A stretch of DNA of 64,000 nucleotides from Eledone cirrhosa (taxonomy: Eukaryota), in the NCBI GenBank assembly GCA_964016885.1, contig OZ024743.1, positions 152,520,001 through 152,584,000 of the forward strand, given 5' to 3'. Positions 14,436-25,816 of this stretch are shown one piece after another. The notes beneath the pieces were generated by a model that saw nothing but the letters and a program-made list of their open reading frames with translations, ran no database searches and was not told where the DNA came from. The first letter of the stretch is position 1. Each line of letters opens with the position of its first letter. The translations under genes were made by a program, and so were the position numbers.

Positions 14436-15712
14436 TTTCATTTATTGGCCTCAAGGGCTGGCATGTAGGGGAAATACAAAGACAGGAACAGTGGGTGCTT
14501 ACAATAAGATTGAGTAAAAATGCACAATAACAAGACAAATTTAACAATGAAAAAAATATAAAAATAAAATATATATAAAAAACGACAAAATAAATTCCCC
14601 AATAGGAGGGAGGGGGGTGAACCACCCAGGGGTGACTCAGGAACCCAGCCAAGGGAGGGCACCACTCTCCTCCTCAAATTAACCAGCCTACAGGCACATG
14701 GTCAGAATAGGCCCACTCATACGGGCCTTTCTTGCCACATTCACCCATCTTTTAGCATATGTACTGGCGGCAGCACTTCTATCTTCAACCACACCTTCTT
14801 TTCCAAGTGAAACGTGAAAAAGTTGGATTGGCCCAAGAGAAAATTGTCTGTCTTCAGTCCTTTCAACCTGCTCAACCATATCATCTCAGGATTTCGCTAT
14901 TGCCACCAGACAGAGGAAAATTGCCTGCCCTTCCTGGCCCAAAAAAGGTGGCAGCTCAATCTTTACTATGGACTCAGTTGATAGCCGGATCTGTTCTACA
15001 CATGACAACAACAGCTGTTCAACATAACTCCACAAATCAGTAATGCATGGACACTGGACGAGTGTGTGCAGAATGGTTTCCTTGTTCTTTGCGCATCTCG
15101 GACAGGTCTGACTGACAGCACTTCCTTGCCTGTATAACTTATCATGAACCGGCAGTTCCCCTCCACCCCAGTAACACTGCCAAGCAAGGGATTTCTGGAA
15201 GTTATCCATCATCCCCGGCTCAAAAGTTCTCCGGAACAGACTGGTCATTTCGACTTCGTTGATGCTCAGAGCTCCCTGAGTGTGTTGCTGCACTTGTCCA
15301 CCACTAATCCTCTATAGAATTCGAGAGTGGAACTTCCACTGACGAATTGTCCACCTGGTAGAGGGCAGTGAGTGCCTGGCAGCATTCTAGATGCCAGGCA
15401 TTCAGTTTCGGTCTCTTCTCAACTTAGGACTGCAGTTCAGTCAAAGAAACGAGCTGCGGAAAGGCCCGTCTGACAAATGGTGACCACACCTGTTCACCAT
15501 TTAGGCAGAATATCAGGAGATGCTGCAGTTTCAGTGCATGTTTGCACATCATTAGCCATGGCATGCCTAGCCTTCTGCATAGAGGGTGCTGGCAGCAGAT
15601 AGATTGCCTTACCAACAGAACCTGTCCCCTCCACAAGAAGTTGTAGAGGGACTGTTCCAATTTGGCGAGGCACAAACGGGTGCAAGGCACAATGGACAGG
15701 TGGTAGTAGATG
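14436..15712 (-). mobile_element. L1/Tx1-like LINE 3' portion
   Basis: LYNFLWRG, LGMPWL and zf-RVT-like CPRC..KETILHTLVQC. Homologous to 51046-57352, with the same 3' tail type (CCCTTG.GGCCAATAAA). Confidence 0.85.
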
Positions 15713-15789
15713 TTATTATTATTATTTGAAATTTCATTAAATCACATTATTTGACTACCTGCAGTAAATTTTTTATTTTTCAGAAAAAT

Positions 15790-17345
15790 GGTCATAAATA
15801 CTCATTCAACTAAATATGTTGATGGAAATACAATTAAGAACTTATTTCACATTGTTCTATATTCCAGGATAAAGATTTGTAATTTGGGGCTGCCAAAAAA
15901 ATCAATGGTACCCATTCTCAAATTGTCTTTTGCAAATCTTCATTAGGTTCAATACTTATTGTAATTGCATTCCTTTTTCTTCAACACTTAAAAATAGTTT
16001 AAAACCCAATCTGGAATCTTTATAGTGTGAATATCTTCAAATTGTCTGGAGAAGTCCTTATGGAACATTCCAAATGATAACAGTAGACCAGAACATCGTT
16101 ATATTTTCCTTGGGTTAAAAATGTACTGGAAACTGGCAACATTTTTCCCATCTCAAGTTGTTTGAACAAAATATGCTTTGAAACAAATACACATATAACA
16201 ACCTTCAATTTAATTAAATAAAGTTCATTTCCTTGCAGCTAAAATTCATTTAATTAAACTTGAAATATAAATCTGATACACAAGCTCTGTTACTTTTAAA
16301 ATATTTCAAGTTGTCTCACATGAAAATATCTTTGTTTACAAAGAATTTTGAAACCATTTCAAAAGGTCTGTAAAAGTTATTCAGGAACAGCAAGTGATGA
16401 AATTCTTCATTGTTTTCTTCACACAATTGTGTGAATAATCTGTTATTGAATGAATTATTTCTGATAATGATAGTTCCTGTAATGATATGTTGCAATGATT
16501 GATGTAAGCAACCACTAAAATATTTTTATAAACTTTTTTTATCCAACCCTTTCTAGTTAGGAAAATAGATGTTAAATGATGATGGTGACAATAATGATAA
16601 TGATGATGATGTTGAACCATGCAAAGCACTGCCAATATGTTTTGCACTGACATTTTCAGCATGCAATGAATCTATAGTGGCAACCCACCATTGACAAAAC
16701 TGCCTTAGTCCTTGTATATCTAAGCGGAACCTCATTTTATTTTTTAAAAAACCTCATTCCCAGCACAATATATTGACTTTTCTTTAGTATCTGTTATTTT
16801 CTCTCCTTTCATAACCAAACGCAAGTTAGCAGTAAAGCTACAATCCTTGATAGAGTTTATTTATCTATTTGTAATGAAACTTAGGCAGTTCTCAAAAAAT
16901 TACAAAGTGCATCTGTTATATCCTTTTATTGTTGTATTGTATTATTGCTCAAAGTAATTTTATTAGGTCTGTTTCTGGTTTGTGTGATATGGTACATAGA
17001 ATCCCAATAACAACTTGCAGGATCAATTCTCTGCCAATAGTATGTGGCTTTCTGGATTTGGCAATGTATAACCTATATTTTCTTTGTATTGATATGGATG
17101 AAAACATACTTGAAAATGTCAGCTGTTAGCAAAATGTGTCTCAAAGTGCTTTATTATAAGATACATCTTTAATTGTCTTGTCAGCATGAATATTTTTGAA
17201 GCACTCCTATAACATTGACGATTTCATAGATTCATTGGAAAACACTTTTTGGCAAATTAACCTGTTTATAAGTGATGGAATAATGCCATATCTTAAATAT
17301 TTGATTCGGTCATACTAATATTTCTGCTTTGGTTCTGCCATGGTT
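15790..17345 (-). pseudogene. Decayed hAT (Buster/Charlie, ZBED5/SCAND3-like) transposase
   Basis: Minus-strand remnants YLRYGII..LICQKVFSNESMK, IAKSRKPHTIGRELIL, LSNNTIQ, MVGCHYRFIAC, NILAVLCMVQH (CxxH region), NNRLFTQLCEENNEEF and LI.FPSTYLVE, with many stops and indels. Confidence 0.8.
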
Positions 17346-18329
17346 ACATCTATAAAAATATACTTTTATGGTTATATGTTATTATTAATCTTTATATTAG
17401 TCATTCAAACAGATAAGATGTTTATGAGCAACTTATAATTTGTATTCTCTGCATCATTCTTTCTTCACTATCTTTGCCTTCCAATACCACTCTACCGCTG
17501 CCTTGCTTTTCAGTGCCCACCTGGAGCCTTCTGGTACTCAAGAATGTGGTAGTATCCATTTGAATGTATATTGTTTATTTTGGCTGATTTCTTTTTTTAT
17601 GACCTGTGTTTCACACCTCTGCAAACACTAGCCAAACAGTTTTTGTTTTTGTTATTTTAGATTGGTTTTATAAAGAATGAAGCAGGTTCATTCTTTTGTG
17701 TATGGCTATTATTTTCATTGGATGGTTGTTTTATTAAGGCATTGAGAATGGTGGTCATCGTTTCAAAATAAAGTACCAGTAATACACCGAGATAATTGCT
17801 GGTCTTGTGCCAAATGTAGAAACAATTATTGTATTTGTGTTATCATTTGTTTTTAATACAACTTATTTTTTATGATTGTTGTGTTATCACTTTGCTTTGG
17901 ACAATTCAGTGGCTGTCTCATTGATTATGTAATAATGTCCTTTTACACTAAAATTGTCGTAATGTCTACTTCATAAATTATTGTTTTGCATCTGATGCTG
18001 CTAAAAATACTTTTCATATTCTTTGTTTCAGTGGTGGAGGGGTTGTATTATATATCTCTAATTATCTACATCTAAACTGTCATTATTTTGTTGGTGATAG
18101 GGCGGTGGATTGGCAGTATCGGTAGAGGGTCGGACAGTTATATTTAAAATACCAGTTAATGTTTTACTGCTTCGAAGTGAAACTATTTCTCTATTAGAAA
18201 ATAGTGAAATTTGTCAAGGTATACAACAGAAAATAATGCTGAAGTTATAGTTACTGTAGAACTTGAATATTGAAACAAGAACTAAAAGCAAAACAGTACC
18301 ACCTGAATAATCCTAAACACACAAAAAAG

Positions 18330-20080
18330 TACAACAAATGTTTTATTTTTGCAATATGAAGTTACTTTTGCTCTTAGACATGAAGAACAGAATTAGATTG
18401 TTGTAATGAATATTTGGTGAATGGAAGTATGAAGCCTGCTATATTAACAATATATCTTGATACTAGAGATATGCTTCTTATGTAGGCAAATCTTTAGGTG
18501 CTTTTTAAAAAAAAATTACTGAAATTTTATAAAGTATAAGAAAAATACTAAAGAGCATCATATGAAATCTCTTAATTACATGATTGTTGAAAAGTTTGTA
18601 TTGCCATAGGCAAGTAGAATCACAGAAGTTATTTTCAGAAAGTCACAAAATAAGAACAATTCTACTGTAAAATGATATAGTATATAAAAGAATTACAGAA
18701 ATTAGCTATAACCAATTTGTACAACATCTTGAAAGAATGAAGGGAAGTGCTAAATTTGTAGTTCATTTGAGCATATGCATTTATCAGATATTCATATGGA
18801 AACACGATGCATGATGATTTGGAGTTTTGCTGATCTAACGGGCTTACAACAGGTGAAAATATTTTTCTTAAAGTGAATAATTCTTTTACAGAAGTGACTA
18901 TGTACCAATGTCACAGCAGTAATGACAGGAAAAATTTGAGATTTCAAGCGAAAGTTAAATCTGTATGCACTGCAAGTTCTACATTCACTCATTGTATGAT
19001 TCTTAGAAAGGCTAAAAAATAAGTAACTAAAAAGTTTCTTTTGAGTTAAGACAGAGTTAAAATGATCAACTTCATTGAAAGTCACACTTTGAATAGTTGT
19101 CTATTTGTAAATCTATGCAAACATATCGGATCTGAGTTTTACTGTATACAGAAGTTTGATGGCTGTCAAAGTAATGTTTATAAAAAACGAAACAAACAAA
19201 CAAAGACTCCCTCAAATCTTTGCAGAATTCATTCATGATGAAAATCAGCTTTGCAAATATTTCTATTTTTCAGATATTTGAGAATATTAGTGAAATTAAT
19301 ATGTCTATGCAAGGGGTAAACACTAACGTTTTCACATTTTAAGGTAACATTAAAGCATTCTTAAAAAAAGGAACTCATGGAAACCTACTGTACAAAATGA
19401 TAAATTTATGATATTTATGTACTAATGAAAACATTTTGACTTTTAGTGTGTAAGAACAAACAGTTCTGGTATACATTCTTTTCATTAAACATAGACAATT
19501 GTAAATAAGATTGGGTTCAAATGTCATTCATTGTAATATTGGAACAGGTGAAAACATCTTTGAAGTCTCAAGAAAATTGTGTAGAGCTGTCACATGATTC
19601 ATGTCTCAAACTTGAATTTTCAAAAGCAAACTTGAGCATTTTTAGGCTGAAGAAGTAATAATAATTCATATTATTATTTGAGTTAGACATTGCAGCTCAC
19701 CTCTCATTTCCTGACACATATTTATGTAACTTTTCACTAGCAGCTATGAAGATGATTAAAAAAAATACTACTCAAATATTAGTAACATAGGAATTCTCTA
19801 AAGAACATCACTGACAAATATCAAGCCTTAGTTTGATGTATTATGCAACATAAATAAAATTTTCCATTCCACTGAAGATATTCACATGTATTATTTTGTT
19901 TGTAACTACATCACTTTATATATTCTGGACTTTAGTTTGTTATTATTAATTATTTGTTTAATATAGAGGTTGTATTTCTTTTATTATCTATTGAAAGTTA
20001 TAGAAGTGAAGGAGATTCATAAGAAAATCAGGCATGATAAAATTGGGTCACAAGGAAAGAAAGTTTAAGAACACAATGAC
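18330..20080 (+). mobile_element. Second decayed Buster-type hAT element (transposase about 18330-19875; probable 3' end about 20045-20080)
   Basis: Remnants SMKPA, TTGENIF, AAVMTGK, FTHCMI, VKMINFI, LNS.LF..LC, YTEV*WLS and terminal HSH*. The 3' sequence GGGTCAC..AAGTTTAAGAACACAATG resembles Charlie-type ends. Confidence 0.75.
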
Positions 20081-20089
20081 CTAGCTTAC

Positions 20090-20960
20090 CTAATTAGCAC
20101 CGCATTAAATTCCTCATCCAGGCAGTGTACGATGTGCTTCCAAGCCCAGCAAACCTGCACAGATGGGGCATAGCAGGGACACCAGCATGTGCATGGAACA
20201 CATCCTCACCTGCTGCAAAGGGGCACTTGGAGAAGGACGGTACCGCTGGAGGCATGACCAAGTCCTTAAGACTATCGCTGAAGCCATCAGCGCAGGACTT
20301 GTGTGGGCGAAGTGGTTCCGACCCTCCAAGTAAACCATCGCCTTTGTCAGAGCTGGGGCCAGTCAGCCCCTGCCAGGCAAACATCAGCGGGTATCCTAAC
20401 ATCTGCATGAGACTGGCAGCTATTGGTGGATCTTGAGCCTCAGCTGAAGTGCCCTGGCCACATTGCAGTCACCACCCTGTGACCAGACATTGTCCTCATG
20501 TCTGAGTCCACCAAGCAAGTTATGCTGCTGGAGTTGACTGTCCCATTGGAAGATCCCCTGGAAGAAGCCTTTGAGAGAAAGCTCCCCAAGTACGTGGTTC
20601 TGGTCAGTGACTGTCAGCGGGCTGGTTGGAGAGCGAGGTGTCTCCCAGTGGTGGTTGGATGCAGGGGTTTCGCAGCCCGCTCCCTGACCAAAGCCTTCAG
20701 TAGTTTGGGCATAGAGGAAGTGAGAAGGAGGAAGGCCATCCACAGTTCCACCGATGCGGCAGAGAGGACCTCAAAATGGCTGAGGATCAAAAGAGGAGAG
20801 CCATGGAGTCATGGTAGTTAGCTGGCCATCTGGACACAAGCTGGGGTCTGATCAGCCCCAGCTGGATCACCTGGAGAAGGATGTATGATGTTGAAAGACC
20901 CGAAACACCCGATGATACCAGGCACATCACCGAAGATGTGTCCAGATGCATCAATCATAG
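20090..20960 (+). mobile_element. HERO-like RLE retrotransposon, 3' end of unit A (RLE endonuclease + 3' UTR)
   Basis: VYDVLPSPANLHRWG, RYRWRHDQVL, PDIVL..LLELTVPLED..EEAFERK..KY and VGCRGF; stop at about 20820. Confidence 0.85.
20827..20948 (+). ncRNA. Candidate non-circularly permuted hammerhead ribozyme (degenerate copy)
   Basis: Six helices can be read directly. Core strands GTA (20883-85), GAAA (20902-05) and CCGAAGA (20930-36) occur in reversed cyclic order; see finding. Confidence 0.6.
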
Positions 20961-23107
20961 ATGTATGCACACAACGAACACTCTGAGTTATCAGTGACAG
21001 CCAGGAAAGACTGGAAGACAACCATGAAGAGAGGGATGACTACTGGAGAGTCAGTGACAGCCCGGAGAACGGGCTGGCAACCCAATCTGTGTCTTCTGAG
21101 AGGAGGACACCCATAATAAGCTACGATGAATGTAATGAAGAAATACCCCCAGGGGTGCCCGAGAGAGCCGGGGGGGGGGGGGGAGGAATGAGCACCCCAG
21201 TTGGACGGACATATTGTTAACACACCCAAGCAATGGAATGGACTATGAGCAAGAAGTGTACATGCGGTAAAGTCTGCAAGAACATCCACAGCCTAAAGAT
21301 ACACCGAGCGAGGATGAAGTGCCCGTTGGGAACAGTAACATCACATCGCACAGATGTCCAACCTGGTGAGACGCAGGAGGAGCCAGGCCCGGAGTCACCC
21401 CATAGTGCCCAGAACCTCCAAGTGGTGGAAACTAATCCCCTGAGCATCAACTCTGACAGGAGGCGGATCAAATGGCCAGCAGCTAGCATGACCTCACTGT
21501 GGAAGCAGTTCGATGATGATGTCGACCAAATTCTGGAGGCAACGGTAAAGAGGAGGCTGACAGGAGGCTAAAAAGCTATGACAACAATCATTGTGAGTTT
21601 CGCAGCGGGACGATTCGGCGAGGAGGAGAAGAAAAGCTCCGGAACAACTTACTCAAAGAATCAAAGAGCTGTTAGGATCCTTAACATCAGGCAGGATATG
21701 AAGGCAATGAAGTCCCAATACAAGAAGGCCGGAGATGAGGAACGCATTGGCCTGACCCAGCTAATGTGCAGCCTACGGAAAAAGATCAGGCTGAATGGCA
21801 CCGAAGGCGGCGCCGTGAGAGGGCGCGCAAGCGTGCTACCTTTATCTCCAACCCCTTCAAGTTCACTAAGTATTTGTTGGGGCAGAAGCGCAGTGGTAAA
21901 CTTGCCTCCTCGCAGGAAGATATAAACCGGCATCTGAAGAAGACGTACAGTGACCCCACAAGAGAGCAGGAGTTGGGAGAGTGTAACATCCTCATAGACC
22001 CCAGCTGAACCAGAGGTGCAGTTTGACATGACAGAGCTGCAGCTAAAGAAAGTCGGAGAGGTTGTCCGCAGAGCAGGGTCAAGCTCTGCTCCAGGACCAA
22101 GTGGCACTTCATACAAAGTGTATAAGAACTGTCCCAAACTTCTGCTGCATCTGTGGAAAATCCTGCGAGTCTTCTGGAGAAGAGGGAGAATCCCACGACA
22201 ATGGAGAGTAGCAGAGGGGGTGTGGATCCCAAAGGAGGAAAACTCCACCCAGATAGACCAATTCCGCATTATCTCCCTGCTGTGTGTGGAGGCAAAGATC
22301 TTCTTCAGCATTGTTTCCAAACGGCTGTGTGCCTACCTGGGTCAGAACACCTACATCAATAGATCTGTACAGAAGGGTGGCATTTCGGGAATACCAGGTA
22401 GTCTGGAGCATAACAGAGCTGATTCGAGAGGCAAGAGAGAAAAAGGGTAACCTGTCTGTGCTTTGCCTTGACCTGGCAAATACATTCGGCCCATTCCACA
22501 CAAGCTGGTACAGCTCACGTTGACAAAACATCATGTTCCAAGCAGGTGTAGAGACCTCATCGCTGATTACTACACCAATTTCAGGATGAGGGTCTCTTCG
22601 AGAGCAATAACATCACGCTGGCACAAGGTGGAAATCGGCATCATCACAGGGTGCACTATCTCTGTGACAATATTCTCCCTAGCCATGAACATGATTACCA
22701 AGTCTGCTGAGCCAGAGTGCAGAGGGCCCCTATCGAAATCTGGACAAAGGCAACCACCCATTATGGCGTTCATGGATGACGTCACAGTCATAACAGAATG
22801 AGCGCCAGGCTGCTAGTAGATTCTGCAGGGACTCGAAAAGGTGATGGAGTGGGCCCGGATGTGTTTCAAACCAACCAAATCAAGATCTATGGTGCTGAGG
22901 AAAGGGAAGATGGAGGACAAGTTCCGGTTTAACATCTCAGGAACAGCCATTCCAACGATCACAGAGAAGCCAGTCAAGAGCTTGGGCAAGGTTTTCGACA
23001 GTTCATTTAGAGATACTACATCTATCCAGTCGGCCTGCACTGAGTTGGATGGCTGGCTGAAATCCGTGGACAAGTCAGGCCTACCTGGGAAGTTCAAAGC
23101 CTGGGTC

Positions 23108-23110
<3 letters not shown>
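20961..23110 (+). mobile_element. HERO-like RLE retrotransposon, 5' part of unit B (N-terminal Zn finger + RT), truncated at (TA)n
   Basis: CTCGKVCKN..LKIH..MKC, SAPGPSG..YKVYK.CP, FRIISLL, SVQKGG, LDLANTFG, GIITGCTIS, AFMDD and SGLPGKFKAWVY, with frameshifts. Confidence 0.85.
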
Positions 23111-23167
<57 letters not shown>

Positions 23168-23333
23168 AGATAGAGAGATAAATAAATATATTTGCATATA
23201 TGAGAAACAGCTTTCCTTTTAGGCATGCTGTATTGAATACATAACTATATTTTAGTTTAACCTTATACGCAAGTTTGTTTTCATGTAAGCGCACACATAT
23301 ATACACACACACATATATATATACATACACACA

Positions 23334-23840
23334 TGGTGGCTGCCAACTCGTTTTCGAGTACGGCCACTACTTTATATCAATGTAGGAGAACTCCTACCGA
23401 TGCGCTGAACGAGTGTGACTTTTTTTAGTCCAGCCAGCGACTTGAAAACTCTGGTACAAACACTACACTTGTGACAATTATTGACACATAGTGCTGGGCC
23501 TATGGTACCATGTGACGACAAGTGCAGAGAGATCTCCTACAAGTCAACATCATTGGATACCATCAGAGTTGCAGGTGTTATATCAGAGTTTTCCTTCTCC
23601 TAGAATTTTGCCTTGACAAAGGCTAAGGGGTCATCTCTCCCGGTGATTTTGGATGGCCATTGACTCATAAGAGTTCCTTTGCCCTTTGACAGGTTTTGTT
23701 TTTAGTCCTGCAGGATGTCCAAAGTCACCCTCCTCACCAAGAAACCTTGGTGGGGTTGCCAGTTTAGTCGCCAACGACCCGACCATGAGACAGGTTGTAC
23801 TGGGATACATGTTACCAGAAGCACCAACTGGTGACCTGTC
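23334..23840 (-). mobile_element. Bipartite non-autonomous RTE derivative, copy 1 (extra internal deletion)
   Basis: An RTE-type 5' UTR motif (CTAGGAGAAGGAAAACTCTGA) is joined to a 3' terminus encoding a C2H2-like peptide; (TA)n on both flanks. Confidence 0.7.
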
Positions 23841-23876
23841 ATATATATATATATATATATATACATATATACATAC

Positions 23877-23920
<44 letters not shown>

Positions 23921-23956
23921 ATATATATATACACACATACATACATATAAACACAC

Positions 23957-23988
<32 letters not shown>

Positions 23989-23990
23989 AG

Positions 23991-24021
<31 letters not shown>

Positions 24022-24026
24022 CATAG

Positions 24027-24096
<70 letters not shown>

Positions 24097-24152
24097 TATA
24101 TATACATATATACATACATATAAACATATATATACATCTATATATATACACA
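23841..24152. repeat. Compound (TA)n/(TACA)n microsatellite, duplicated at about 25449-25720
   Basis: The same order of interruptions (ACACACATAC, TTTAT, AGATATAA, CATCTA) occurs in both tracts. Confidence 0.85.
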
Positions 24153-24655
24153 TGGTGGCTGCCAACTCGTTTTCGAGTACGGCCACTACTTTATATCCAT
24201 GTAGGAGAACCCCTACCGATGCGCTGAACGAGTGTGACTTTCCAGTCCAGCCAGCGACTCGAAAACTCTGGTACAAACACTACACTTGTGACAATTATCG
24301 ACACATAGTGCTTTGCCTTTGGTACCATGTGACGACAAGTGCAGAGAGATCTCCAGATATAAAGCAATGCCTGTGCCGTGAAGCCTTTATAGTGAGCAAA
24401 GGCACTGCACAAAGCCAGTCCCACTCTCTTAACCAAGATGATATTTACCAAAAAGAAGAACAAGTCAACATCATTGGATACCATCAGGGTTGCAGGTGTT
24501 ATATCAGAGTTTTCCTTCTCCTAGAATTCTGCCTTGACAAAGGCTAAGGGGTCATCTCTCCCAGTGATTTTGGATGGCCATTGACTCTTAAGAGCTCCTT
24601 TGCCCTTTGACAGGTCACCAAGTGGTGACCCGACATATCCAAGTGGTGACCGGAC
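24153..24655 (-). mobile_element. Bipartite non-autonomous RTE derivative, copy 2 (rearranged 5' end)
   Basis: Near-identical to copy 3 up to about 24615, then a short duplicated CCAAGTGGTGACC.GACAT. Confidence 0.7.
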
Positions 24656-24684
24656 ATACACATATACATACATATATATATACA

Positions 24685-25293
24685 TGGTGGCCGCCAACTC
24701 GGTTTCGAGTACGGCCACTACTTTATATCCATCTAGGAGAACCCCTACCGATGCGCTGAACGAATATGACTTCTTAGTCCAGCCAGCGACTTGAAAACTC
24801 TGGTACAAACACTACACCTGTGACAATTATTGACACATAGTGCTGGGCCCATGGTACCATGTAACGACAAATGCAGAAAGATCTCCAGATATAAAGCAAT
24901 GCCTGTGCCATGAAGCTTTTCTAGTGAGCAAAGGCACTGCACAAAGCCAGTCCCACTCCCTTAACCAAGATGATATTTACCAAAAAGAAGAACAAGTCAA
25001 CATCATTGGATACCATCAGGGTTGCAGGTGTTATATCAGAGTTTTCCTTCTCCTAGAATTCTGCCTTGACAAAGGCTAAGGGGTCATCTCTCCCGGTGAT
25101 TTTGGATGGCCATTGACTCATAAGAGTTCCTTTGCCCTTTGACAGGTTTTGTTTTTAGTCCTGCAGGATGTCCAAAGTCACCCTCCTCACCAAGAAACCT
25201 TGGTGGGGTTGCCAGTTTAGTCGCCAACGACCCGACCATGAGACAGGTTGTACTGGGATACATGTTACCAGAAGCACCAACTGGTGACCTGTC
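24685..25293 (-). mobile_element. Bipartite non-autonomous RTE derivative, copy 3 (most complete, about 610 bp)
   Basis: ORF 24745-24942 ends [23 protein letters not shown]; 3' hairpin GTGGC..CTCGAAACCGAG..GCCAC; no RT. Confidence 0.75.
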
Positions 25294-25448
25294 ATATATA
25301 TATATATATATATATACATATATACATACATATAAATATATATTTATTTAATATTGTAAATATACTCCAAGTATCTGTCGAGTGCTTTTATATCAGTTAT
25401 AAATATTTACTAGTTGTAACCCAACAATTTTAAATATAACTTTACATG

Positions 25449-25495
<47 letters not shown>

Positions 25496-25531
25496 ATATA
25501 TATATACACACATACATACATATAAACACAC

Positions 25532-25563
<32 letters not shown>

Positions 25564-25565
25564 AG

Positions 25566-25596
<31 letters not shown>

Positions 25597-25601
25597 CATA
25601 G

Positions 25602-25667
<66 letters not shown>

Positions 25668-25816
25668 TATATATACATATATACATACATATAAACATAT
25701 ATATACATCTATATATATACACATACATATAAATATACATACATATATATATATACATACATAAATATATATATATATATATACATGCATACATATAAAT
25801 ACACACATATATATAT

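Noticed and set aside
16553-16735. Ginger/KRBA2-like integrase C-terminus
   Set aside because: Flanking motifs place it within the Buster-type hAT transposase.
23631-25808. Multiple YIYI/ICMY ORFs
   Set aside because: These are microsatellite read-through with no stop codons.
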